From contig NC_068995.1 in NCBI RefSeq assembly GCF_001194135.2, forward strand, positions 16,102,547 through 16,141,694: DNA of 39,148 bases, in the 5' to 3' direction. This document shows, piece after piece, positions 1 through 11,265 of the stretch (positions are counted from its first letter, which is position 1; each line of letters begins with the position of its first letter). A program made the position numbers and the translations under genes. This DNA is from Octopus bimaculoides. Taxonomy: Eukaryota. The notes beneath the pieces were generated by a model. The model did no database searches and had not been told where the DNA came from. It saw nothing but the letters and a program-made list of their open reading frames with translations.

Positions 1-77
1 TATATATATATGCGAGTGTGTATATGTGTACATATCTATCTATTTATCCAAGTACCTGCTCACCTATTCAGCTCGCA

Positions 78-248
78 GGAAACTGCTAGAATCGTTAGCA
101 GGCCGGGCGAAATGCTTAGCAGTACTTAGTCCGTCATTACGTTCTGAGTTCAAATTCACCCGACTTTACCTTTCATCTTTTTTGCAGTTGATAAAATAAA
201 TACCGGTTGAGCACTGGAGTCGATGTAATCAACTTAACTGCCCCTGAG
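78..248 (+). mobile_element. tRNA-derived SINE, family B (diverged copy)
   Basis: Matches the copy at 15401: gaatcgttagcaggccgggcgaaatgcttagc, B-box-like gagttcaaattc, ctttcatc, gataaaataaatacc, gcactggagtcgatgtaatc. Confidence 0.75.
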
Positions 249-519
249 CGTGAGTATAAAAACTGCATGTCTCTCTGTCAGTCCATGTTGAGCCATAATG
301 ACAGAGTAAGCTCATGAAACGTGCATGGACTCAACATCTAATTCACGACCTAAGCATCAGACAATAAATGGTGGAGAGAACAAATTGAGGCCTTCTTTCT
401 GCAGTGGAATTAACAATCTAATCCAATCTAATCCAATCCAATCGTTTATATTTTATTTCATCTTTCCATTACTTCTTTTGCGTAATTATCTTACGGTTCC
501 CGCTCTGTTTTCATTACTT

Positions 520-810
520 CTCCTCTTCTTCTTCTCCTCTACATCACCAGCATCGTCGTCGTCGTCGTCGTTGTCATCGTCCTCAACTCCACTATCATCA
601 TCATCATCGTCGTCGTCATCATTGTCTCTTCCTTTGTTTTCTTCTATTTCTTTGATACTTTTTCTTAAGCTCCTCCTTCCTTTTCATCTCGTCAGCCTTT
701 TTATTCTGTAATCACCCTGCCCTCCCCTTCCTGCTCCTCCTGCTCCTGCTCCTCCTGCTCCTGCTCCTCCTGCACCTCCTCCTCCTCCTCCTCCTTCCTC
801 TATCCACTCT
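520..810. repeat. Low-complexity pyrimidine-rich repeats (TCG/TCA, CCT, CCTGCT)
   Basis: Visible tandem triplets and hexamers; explains the poly-Ser ORF 325-711. Confidence 0.9.
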
Positions 811-834
811 CCTTCATCTGCGCTTGCTTCTTAC

Positions 835-960
835 TTGCCTTATTGAATCCCTTGATATCTCGCCTTCCCGATTTCGATTTGCACTCTGGTCTCTGCCAAC
901 ATCTCGCAATCATCTCTTCACTCGTCCCGACTTTACTTCTTTCACAGTTCGGAAGTTTTC
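835..960 (-). CDS. Candidate internal coding exon, unknown product (weak)
   Basis: Minus-strand acceptor ctcttatcag|G and donor CAA|gtaaga; 126 nt, phase 1-1; one open frame KLPNCERSKVGTSEEMIARCWQRPECKSKSGRRDIKGFNKA. No homology recognised. Confidence 0.2.
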
Positions 961-1185
961 CTGATAAGAGCGGATCCAAATAAAAGCTAATCGATCATCG
1001 TATACAATTCTAAACATTGATATTCAGTCACCTGAGGAAAGATAACGAGAAACTCTTGTAAATTCGGCTTTGTATGAATTCCATTTCAATCTACTCAACA
1101 ATGATAAACACTGTTTTTCTTTCATTACAATAGGTACCAATGTACGCTCTTATTCCTATACACGCAAGCAGACATTCGCGCACGC

Positions 1186-1312
<127 letters not shown>

Positions 1313-1494
1313 AATACACGTACACATACGCATGGCCCGCACAAATACAGCGACACATACATAAACACACATATATGTGTTTCTGTATGCTTGTCTATAT
1401 ATGCGAGTATGCATGTACGTATATATATATATGTGTTTATGTATGTATGTATGTATGTATGTATGTATGTATGTATGTATGTGTGTGTGTATTT

Positions 1495-1900
1495 ACGGTG
1501 TAGTTAAGAAGCTTCCTTCGCAAACATCGAGTTGTTTTTCGCTTGGATCGCACTGCATGGTACATTGGGCAAATATCTTCTCTAAATACTGTTTACTGAA
1601 TGGATTCGAAAACTGTGCGGATTTCTGTTGTGCTCGAATGTCTGCAGTGTGCGTGCGTGCGTGCGTGCGTGCGTGTGTATGTGTGTGTTTGTGTGTGTGG
1701 TCACGTATGCTTCAAACTGCTTTATAACTGGTGGTGTTTCTTATTTGTTCTCGCGTAGAAGTTCGACAAATCGAGAAAGGGGTTAAATGTGTACTAAACT
1801 TTAAAATAAGCACTTGGTTCGACTCGACTAATCAAACGCGTAATATCATTGCTCCGTAGTGGCTGCAGTCCAATGACAGAAGCCATGAAAGAAACAGAAG
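1495..1900 (+). mobile_element. Old, highly diverged family-A SINE
   Basis: Colinear remnants of head (taagaagcttccttcgc, gcatggtacattgggcaaatatcttct), central (TG)n tract and 3' end (gctccgtagtggctgcagtccaatgacagaa), compared with the copy at 37356. Confidence 0.5.
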
Positions 1901-1921
1901 TAAAGAATTATGTATATACAA

Positions 1922-1964
<43 letters not shown>

Positions 1965-1974
1965 CATACATACA

Positions 1975-2024
<50 letters not shown>

Positions 2025-2512
2025 NNNNNNNNNNNNNNNNNNNNNNNNNNNNNNNNNNNNNNNNNNNNNNNNNNNNNNNNNNNNNNNNNNNNNNNNNNNN
2101 NNNNNNNNNNNNNNNNNNNNNNNNNNNNNNNNNNNNNNNNNNNNNNNNNNNNNNNNNNNNNNNNNNNNNNNNNNNNNNNNNNNNNNNNNNNNNNNNNNNN
2201 NNNNNNNNNNNNNNNNNNNNNNNNNNNNNNNNNNNNNNNNNNNNNNNNNNNNNNNNNNNNNNNNNNNNNNNNNNNNNNNNNNNNNNNNNNNNNNNNNNNN
2301 NNNNNNNNNNNNNNNNNNNNNNNNNNNNNNNNNNNNNNNNNNNNNNNNNNNNNNNNNNNNNNNNNNNNNNNNNNNNNNNNNNNNNNNNNNNNNNNNNNNN
2401 NNNNNNNNNNNNNNNNNNNNNNNNNNNNNNNNNNNNNNNNNNNNNNNNNNNNNNNNNNNNNNNNNNNNNNNNNNNNNNNNNNNNNNNNNNNNNNNNNNNN
2501 NNNNNNNNNNNN
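2025..2512. other. Assembly gap; other gaps at 11939-12580, 13621-14076, 27630-27639, 28968-28977, 35165-35196, 36181-36655
   Basis: N runs, mostly abutting (TA)n, (TG)n or (GA)n tracts. Confidence 0.99.
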
Positions 2513-5077
2513 TATATATATATATATATATATGTATGTATATATATATATATATATGTACATACGTATGCATACGAATGTATATAACTCGGTGAATGCA
2601 ACTGAAACAGTATCGAATTAATATAACCATTTGTGCATGATGCGAAAATTATATAGATCTTTCAAAGATATCATGCTGTGGTTTTCGTCTGAAAGAAAGT
2701 CTGTTCAGAAACATGTTGTCTTAAATAAACATTATGTATTGGAGTGAGGTGACAACAGTAATGCACGTGAGTCACAGAAGCATTTCACATTAATTCAGGC
2801 TTGTCAATGTCATAGAGCCGTTTGTGACTTACCGAAACGAAATTCGAACTTCGAAACGGTGAGTAATACATACACTAGTATCACTATATCGTATTGTCAC
2901 AGAGGGTAGAATAAATAGATGAATAGAGTGAAAACCTCTACCTCGATTTAAAAAAAAATTCATAGATTCTTTTAATGTTCTAAGTTCAAAACAAAAATAT
3001 TCTACTGAAAATAAAGCGTTTTGATGATTTCTAATTTAAATATGTTAAAACAAATATTAACTACAGTGTATCCTTAGGCTGCGTTCTGCGTACAGCGCGC
3101 CAGGCTATCAAAATCCAGTTTCGAATCCTAGAGCCCACGATTATGAGTTCTGAAATTTCTTTTACAATAACAACTCGTGTTTAGCAGCTTTCTTGGGTAA
3201 TTGATGAATTTTCTTAGCGTTACTGGCGCTTTAATGATAGATGAGGGCGTTTAAATCTATATGGTTACATCTTGTTTGTAAGAAATAGTGGTTGTAGGTA
3301 TTAGCCTTGAAATATATAACGATGAAACTTGCATACAATTTCTATTATATGAGATGGATCAGTCACAGTGCATAGTGCAAGTGTGGGATGTAGCATAGAA
3401 TTTTTAAGTAAACCGTAAAGAGTAAACAATTGTTACATATGCGAACACTATACAAGTTTTTCATTATAATTACTAAATCACAAATTAAAATTCATAATCC
3501 CACTTAAAATTGTGAAGAAACCATTATCTCCCTTGTAATAACTGCAACCACATTTATCAATAAGAAATTTCATTTAATGTATAACTGTGTTCATCAGTAA
3601 AGCATTCCGTTTGCTTTTAGTATAAATCATCTCTTACTTCGTTCTTATTTGTGGTTATAATTTTCTTGTAATAGTAGTTGTTTTTGTTGTTGTTTAGACA
3701 AACGTCAGGTCGCTGATAATAAGCTTTCCAAAGTTGAAGATTCTGTCATTGACTTCCGGCAGAATGCACCTCACACCACATTAACCAACGTGTCATTATT
3801 ATAAAACTGTAGCGTGCACGGTTTGAGAGAGATGTGGCTTTTATTTCTTACAGGTTTTACATTGCTTCGTAATCAACAATATAAAAATCAGTTTACATAA
3901 ATTCATGCAATTCTTCATTTATTTCTTTATATATTTCATTGTTAGAATTTCTGTTTCCTATGATTGCTTTCTCTCAATTTTTTTAGTCGTTATTAAAAAA
4001 AAAGACAAAGAATTTTTCTTGCAATGCTTCATAGTAATATTCCTAAAGTCATAAATGATCCGATTCTTGCATGTCGTCAAGAACTGTTTATATTGTTTCT
4101 ATTGGAAACACACGAATTCTATTATCTTTCTTTAAACAATTTTAACAAAATTTTTGTTCCATGAGAGTGTTTAATCTCATGTAATATAGTATATATACTA
4201 GGGAAAGAAATTTATTATGGACGTTCATGAGTTTTTCTTTCGAAGCACGGTATTAATACCGCAATTGCATTTTCAACATCATGATAACAGCACAAGATAA
4301 ACTATTGTTATATGCTGCTTCCATTCTGACGCGTATAAGATTCCAACTGGACGAGATGTATGTATATGTATATCTATCTATCTATCTATCTATCTATCTC
4401 TCTCTATATATAGTTAAAACTTACTTGCAAATGGACGCGTGGCGTTCGATAATATAATAATACAAATGATATATGAACATATGCATGTATACATACATAT
4501 ATTTACATACCTACATCTACATGTATATATAGATGCATATCCGGGTACAGGACGTCAAAAAAGGAACGGGAACATAAACAAAGCACAAAGAACGGACTTT
4601 TTTTTACAGACAACAGAATGAACACATAGGAAAACAGACGAGCCACTTATGAAACTTTTCCTTCATCAGCTGCCTCTATTCTAAACTAGGCGTTTCAAAG
4701 ATGAGGCAGAGCGCGCTCTTAGAATAGCTCTTCCCGCTTAGTGGATTAACCTGCTAAGCGGAGGGTTCCAAGGTAGCAAACAAAAACCAAGACAGGAAAA
4801 ATTAAACAGTGAAAACACCCCCTCTCGTTCTGCATCCTTCTGTTGTCCTTGCTTCTCCCCTTCAGTGCTATACATATCTCTCTCTTACTCTCCCTCCCTG
4901 TCTCTCGTCGCTCACCTTTGTTCCACTTCCTCCCTTTTCCTCTCTCTACCACACCTGGTTGATCACATGTGACCTGTGGTCACCTCTTCCTTTCTCCCTT
5001 CAGCCAGCATAAAGGCAAGACAAAACTACTGTCTCTCTCCGTTCAGCTTCGTCACATCACAGCGTTCAATATCTCAT

Positions 5078-5328
5078 CGCTAAGTAACGGGGACGTAAAC
5101 ACACCAACATCGGTTGTCAAGCGATGATGGAAAGGACAAACAGACACACTCACTCATATATATGCACGACGGGCTTCTTTCCGTTTCCCTCTACCAGATC
5201 CACTCACAAGATTTTGGTCGGCCCGAGGCTATAGTAGAAGACACTTGCCCAAGGTGCCAAACAGTGGGACTGAACCTGGGAACATGTGGTTGGGAAGCAA
5301 GCATCTTATTACACAGCCACGCTGCGCC
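5078..5328 (-). mobile_element. Family-A SINE lacking its 3' part
   Basis: Reverse complement starts ggcgcagcgtggctgtgt (A-box-like) with ggttcagtccc (B-box-like), ccttgggcaagtgtcttctactatagcctcgggccgacc; ends after ccccgttacttagcg. Confidence 0.85.
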
Positions 5329-6787
5329 ATATATATATATTGATGACCATGTGATCATTAAAATTATATTAGGATCAATTCACGGTCATATCCTGCATAC
5401 TGAGTCATCACGCGCAGTTTCTGAAATGGGCATATTCGAGGAGAAAAAATAAATGAACGAGAGGATTCATTATGTGACTCTAAGAGATGTCCATGAGTAA
5501 AATGAACGATTTTACAGTTTATCGGAATCTGACATACCAGACAAAAATGAAAGCGTTATCATTTCATAGCACAAATACACACATACAAGTGATAAATGAC
5601 ATAACAGCTTTAGATATTATAGATGATTTATTAAAGCACATTCAAAAAGAAATGAATAATTTTAAAGGTGAAGTTAATAGCCATCGGATGGAGACACAGT
5701 TAGAGTAAAATGAAAGCATTAAAACAAAACTGTTTCATTGACATTATATATTTTATTTAAGAGCTCCGCGTGTAGCCATTTTTTCCTTGTAAATTTGTGT
5801 GTATTTTACTTTTCCTCCGAGATATTTATTTCGTTTCCTAATAACTGCATATAAATTACTTAGTTAATTTTATATAGGTTTTCAATGGAAATTTTCTGAA
5901 GAATAAATCTTTATCATAGAAGTGTCAATATTTCCTGAAAGAAAAGCACCATTATTTGAAGAGATGTTTACAAATTCACACACACACACAAAGAGAGAAA
6001 GAGAAAGAGAGAGAGAGAGAGAGAGAGTCACACATGCATTTATATTTTTATTTTCAATAGGAAGTTAATGAAAAGTAATCTCTACTATAATATGATACCC
6101 ACTTTTGTAAAAATATGCATATATATGGGTTTGTGTGTGTATTCCTGTGCTTGGTGAGGTTGCACGTGCATATATATATATATATACATAAGCATACGCG
6201 CACACACACAAGTGAGTGAACACGCTACATTAAAGACAGCGTATTTGAGTGTCACATAGTGTTTCGTATATGACGGTTATTTGGGAGAAGTTTGATTAAA
6301 AGTTGACTCCATCAAGGGCACTTCGATTAATTTGTCTTTTAATTCCAGAAGCATTTTCTATTAACTATCCGCATCAAAAAGAAAAACGTGTAGACACACA
6401 AATATACGCACATATGTAAATTTATTTGAAAAAACAGATATGTATATATGTAATTATTTCTGACACTCTTAATATAACATCCACCAGAGGAACTCACCTG
6501 AGTGAGCTTCAAGGAAGATTTCTCTTTGGTGTGGAGGATGTACACACAGTATCAGCGCGTCTTTCAGTGTTTAGTAATTAGTCGATGTGGGCCAGCAACC
6601 AACGTATGCTACAACGTCCATGCAGCTTTCAAGGTCTTGACAAGAAATGTGCTCTCGATCAATTCATCCATATCTAAAGGCGTAGATTTCATCAATACAA
6701 TACACAGGGTCAAGAGACACTGAACAAAGACTTCTTATTGTTTGGTTCAGCCATACTTCCTCCTGAAGTTGATCAAGAGTCTTATAT

Positions 6788-7425
6788 GACAATCTCCATC
6801 TTATACGCTACTCTTTAGAGAGGGTTGGTAAAATTTCTGGCAAAGGTGGGGCACTGATATATTTAGACCAGTCTAAAGCATTTGGTAGGGTCGACCATCG
6901 GTACCTTGCGGCGGTCTTTGGGGAGGCCGGGTTGGGCCCGACTTTCTGCGGTTGGACTGCTGCCTTGTAGAGCGACATCGAGTCTATCGTCTGAGTGAAC
7001 GGAGTTTTTTTTCAAAATCGTTCAAGATTGAACGCTCAATACACCAGCGATGTTCCCTGTCATCACTTTTGTATGTATTGGCTCTTGAGCCATTGCTGAA
7101 GAAGTTGGAGACGTTAGGGGCGTGATGCATGATTTGTGGTGTGGAAGGGGTGCTACTGCGTATGTGGATGACGTCTCCATCATCGTGTCTGAAGAAGGGC
7201 AGCTTACTTATGTGGAAAATGCCATCAAAGGACACGAGGCGATAGCAAGAGCAAAGGTTAACGAGGACAAGTCGGTCGGCTTGCAAATCGGCACATGGAG
7301 GGGGAAGTCGATGTCGTCGAATAAGGTCGTGGGGCGTTGGACGGAAGGTCCAGTTAAGTTGCTAGGGGTCTGGCTCGGTTCAGACCTCCAGATAGAGAAG
7401 GAGTGGAGTGAGGTCACGAGCAAGC
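6788..7425 (+). mobile_element. L1/Tx1-type non-LTR retrotransposon reverse transcriptase fragment (pseudogenic)
   Basis: Translates DNLHLIRY...LDQSKAFGRVDHRYL (motif A), SIHQRCSLSSLLYVLALEPLL (decayed QGCPLSP motif B), AYVDDVSII (YADD motif C), and VKLLGVWLG; interrupted by stops and frameshifts. Confidence 0.85.
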
Positions 7426-8096
7426 TGAAAAGCTTTGCTAAAATATAGGAATTAAACTGGCTTCAGATATGAATCGTATCAAAATCACGTAATAGTTTAT
7501 AGGAAACTTCTCTCCTTGCTATAAGCATTACGTGATGTTAAGTATAAATCTGATAATAAAAACACGATTTAATTAAAATATTGTAAACACTACAAAAGTT
7601 ATAATCCTCTCAGTAAAATTCAGAAGAGCTTGTATTCCATTACTCTTTTGTTTGCTTCAAAAACCAGCCAGACTTTTAACAAAGCCTATGCAGTAGATTC
7701 CACGCAGTATTCTATTACAATGGGGGGAAACCTTATTATTTGTCTTTTTTTTCTGATTGTTTTGCAAATTTGTTCTTATCATGCGTAAGAGAAGTGGACT
7801 TTTAGGGTCCTCTCATTCTCAACTGGATTATTCACATTTGAATCGTTTTCTTATACAATAGTAACACTCTATGGATATACATATCCAAGATCTCACCACT
7901 GGATCTCGTGGATTTCGTTGGATCTCGTCATCACACGAAGATCCTTTCTGAATTCTGTTCGACTGACCCGTAGTTACCTCAGTGTGGATTGTGACACAGA
8001 TAATTCACTAATAAGCAGCAGGGTGAGGATTCTGCCTAAGAAAAAGTCCACCACTCGACGAAATTAGGCCGACCACTCATTAACACTGCCAGAAAT

Positions 8097-8399
8097 CCTT
8101 GTGAGTGGATTTGGTAGACGGAAACTGAAAGAAGCCCGTCGTATATATGTATACATGCATGTATGTGTGTGTGTATATGTTTGTGTGTCTGAGATTGTCC
8201 TCCCAACATCGTTTGACAACCGATGGTTGTGTGTTTACGTCTTCGTAGCTTAGCGGTTCGGGAAAAGAAACCGATAGAATAAGTACTAGGCTTACAAAGA
8301 ATAAGTCATGGGGTCGATTTGCTCGATTAAAGGCGGTGCTCCAGCATGACCGCAGTCAAATGACTGAAACAAGTAAAAGAGTAAAAGGGAGAGTAAAGA
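8097..8399 (+). mobile_element. Family-A SINE, 5'-truncated
   Basis: ccttgtgagtggatttggtagacggaaactgaaagaagcccgtcg, central TA/TG tract, 3' end ggcggtgctccagcatgaccgcagtcaaatgactgaaacaagtaaaagagtaaaag. Confidence 0.88.
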
Positions 8400-8927
8400 T
8401 ATATATATATATATGCACACATATACATATACTATTTCTCACAATTGGTAAAATTGCACAGAGAAAATGTTTTTTCAGTCTAACTGCGGATTTTCACAAT
8501 TTGATTGTTTATTTATTTATTTACTTGTTAATTTATTCATTCATTTATATTGATCCTAATGCATTCATAGTTTATGCAACTAGCATCGCTATGAATTTTT
8601 ATAGAATAACATTTATATGTAAATATTTACATAGCAATTGTATCTAGGTGAATACTTAGACACGTATACATTTAAATAGCAACTGCGGTTACTAAATAGC
8701 ATTGTTGTATAATTTAATTGAGATAACGCTTACAGAATTATATTTACATCTATCTGTAATTATATAAAAAATCACCGTGTTGAGTCTTTCAATAACATGA
8801 GAATACTTGTGTAGAAACAAAAATAAAAGATCATATTCAATTATGAAAATGCGACCATTGACCAGTACATAGACACACGGTGAATTTTTATATAATTACA
8901 GATAGATGTAAGTGTAATTCTGTAAGC

Positions 8928-9051
<124 letters not shown>

Positions 9052-9160
9052 CTGGTATTTATATAAGCTTAAAGCTTATAGCGATCACCGTGCAATAACT
9101 AAAGAAAATAGTCTAATAATGCGGCATATAAGCCCGCGACAGATAAAAGTAGGCGTTTAT

Positions 9161-9228
9161 ATCCACATGTAATGGTAACACACCTAGTCGCGTTAACAAT
9201 AGGATGTGGGTTCGTGTCCCACGCGGAT
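9161..9228 (+). pseudogene. tRNA-like sequence (probable SINE head, not a functional tRNA)
   Basis: Perfect T-arm GTGGG-TTCGTGT-CCCAC (9206-9222), D-arm-like TGT-AATGGTA-ACA, acceptor-like ATCCAC/GCGGAT, oversized anticodon loop. Confidence 0.5.
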
Positions 9229-9242
9229 GGGAAAGCCTACTG

Positions 9243-9713
9243 TATAAACCACAGTAACATCGTCCCATATGGGTCAGCCACATTTAGGTGGCATTTATAC
9301 TTCACGTTGTCTTGCTGCTACTGTTTATATCTCGCTCAGAAATTTATTATTGCTTGATTCTTCTGTTTCGTGATCAGCGACGATTTGTCACTGGAAAAAG
9401 CATATTGTATTTTGCGTTCGGAATCACTTCTCATCCCTAGCTGGAGATTCTCACAGGCTGATGACAGGTTAGTACCCAGAAATCCTGGTCTGTGTATATC
9501 ACGTAAGGCTAGAGATGGGAACGATGATTTCCCTTCGCAAATACTGATCGGGCACCGACAGTTTCTCGTCAGACAGCTGGTAGAGATGTCTTCCCGGGGC
9601 TATAAACTACAGTAGCATCGTCCCATATGGGTCAGCCACATTTAGGTGGTATAGATACTTCACGATGTCGCGCTGCTACTGTTTACATCTCGCTCAGAGA
9701 TTTATTATTGCTT
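9243..9713 (+). repeat. 113-bp direct repeat pair (9243-9355 and 9601-9713) around a 245-bp spacer
   Basis: Hand alignment: 10 mismatches in 113 bp, no indels. Confidence 0.92.
9452..9496 (+). ncRNA. Decayed minimal type-I hammerhead ribozyme-like motif
   Basis: cacagg-CTGATGA-caggt tagt accca-GAAA-tcctg-GTC-tgtgt: core boxes and GUC triplet correctly ordered and spaced; stems imperfect. Confidence 0.35.
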
Positions 9714-10525
9714 ATGTATATATGTATATTTGTATACATAAATGCTTTACAGATTCGGGTATATAAAGCCCAAATAATGTAAAGGAGAAAATTATAACAA
9801 TTTTTTTCAAAACATGCACTGTTCGTACTTTAAAATGTTTCTATCTACACTTACGTCTATGTGTACGTGTATGTATGTACGTATGTATGTATATATGTAT
9901 GTATATATGTGTATATATATATAGTTGGAATTTATAAAAAATCAAAAGATATATATAATTTATAACATATGCATATACAATACATTGCTCCCTTCACATT
10001 ACGTAGTGGAGCATTGTTTAGGGATCCACCTTAATGGGTTAAAGAGGCATAGAATTTTTATTGTCCTAAAACCTCATATCCCTATTAAATTTAAGAAATC
10101 TACGGGCTTACTGAATCCAATATATTCACAAAATGCTAGCATCTTGACAAATTTCTAAAATCAAATTGAACAACCCCACCATCTCCAGATCAGGCTTAGG
10201 GTCTCAGACCATTCTTTCTCTGCCAAATTAGCCACACCAACCATTGTTAATCCTCATTGTAACGGACAAGAGGGATATAACTCTTATCTGCATTCGTTCA
10301 CGCATTCCATTTATCGTTTTTTCTTTTTTCATTTATTCCCTTTCTTCTTCCTTTTTTTCTCGCATTTTCTGAAGGAGGAGACATGATTTATCGGGACTGG
10401 AAGAGTGCCATAGAAGTTTGTTCAACATTTGCACCATCTCAGTATGAAACTTATAGTACCTAACATTTAAATCCTGTTTATTAAAATGGTAGACGTATAT
10501 ATCTATATGCATGTATGTATGTATG

Positions 10526-10556
<31 letters not shown>

Positions 10557-10579
10557 CTATCTATCTATCTCTATATATA

Positions 10580-10625
<46 letters not shown>

Positions 10626-11027
10626 CATTTATATGTATATACTCACGCTTAAATATATGAACACATAATGTTTGTGTGCGAACGCGTCTGTGTGTATGTG
10701 TGTGTGTATAATATAACAAGGAAGAAACTAGCTAGCTAGACGTTGCTTACAAGTAACTGCAGAGGCTGGGAGGGGATAACTATTGAAGGACAACTAACAA
10801 GCGTGACAGTGAGTCTGTGAGAATGTTTTTACGCAGGGCACTTTTTTTAAAATCTTTTTTATATTTTTACATTTTATTGAGAGTAACGTGATCACTTTAA
10901 GCCAGCTAATGGTTTCATTTAGTTTATTTTTTTTTCATAACAGAACCCCGTGAGTAAAAGTTAGTAAACGTCTAATATATCACAGATCCTTCTTGCATGC
11001 AGCTTCCTTTTGCATCGTCTGACATGA

Positions 11028-11129
11028 CTATTATTATCATTATTATTATTATTATTATTAATAATAATAATAATAATAATGATGATGATGATGATAATAA
11101 TAATCATAATAATAATAATAATAATAATA

Positions 11130-11181
<52 letters not shown>

Positions 11182-11224
11182 CAACAATAACAACAACAAC
11201 AACACCAACAACAACAACAACAAA

Positions 11225-11259
<35 letters not shown>

Positions 11260-11265
11260 CAATAA
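11028..11265. repeat. Compound trinucleotide microsatellite (TTA/AAT/GAT/AAC)
   Basis: Direct reading; source of the poly-I/N/Y/T ORFs. Confidence 0.95.

Noticed and set aside
5114-5452. Recurrent similar ORFs (GLLSVSLYQIHSQ..., also at 33554, 36013, 37390)
   Set aside because: Antisense frames of family-A SINE copies, not a gene family.
5487-5708. 73-aa ORF with helical-looking composition
   Set aside because: No motif recognised and no convincing splice boundaries.
9161-9228. Functional tRNA gene
   Set aside because: Acceptor stem is short, the D-arm linker is missing and the anticodon loop is oversized.
9520-9575. Second CTGACGA motif on the minus strand inside the direct-repeat spacer
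   Set aside because: Has GAAG instead of GAAA after the hairpin, and stem I cannot form.
9243-9713. TRIM or LTR interpretation of the direct repeats
   Set aside because: No TG...CA termini, primer-binding site, polypurine tract or TSD.
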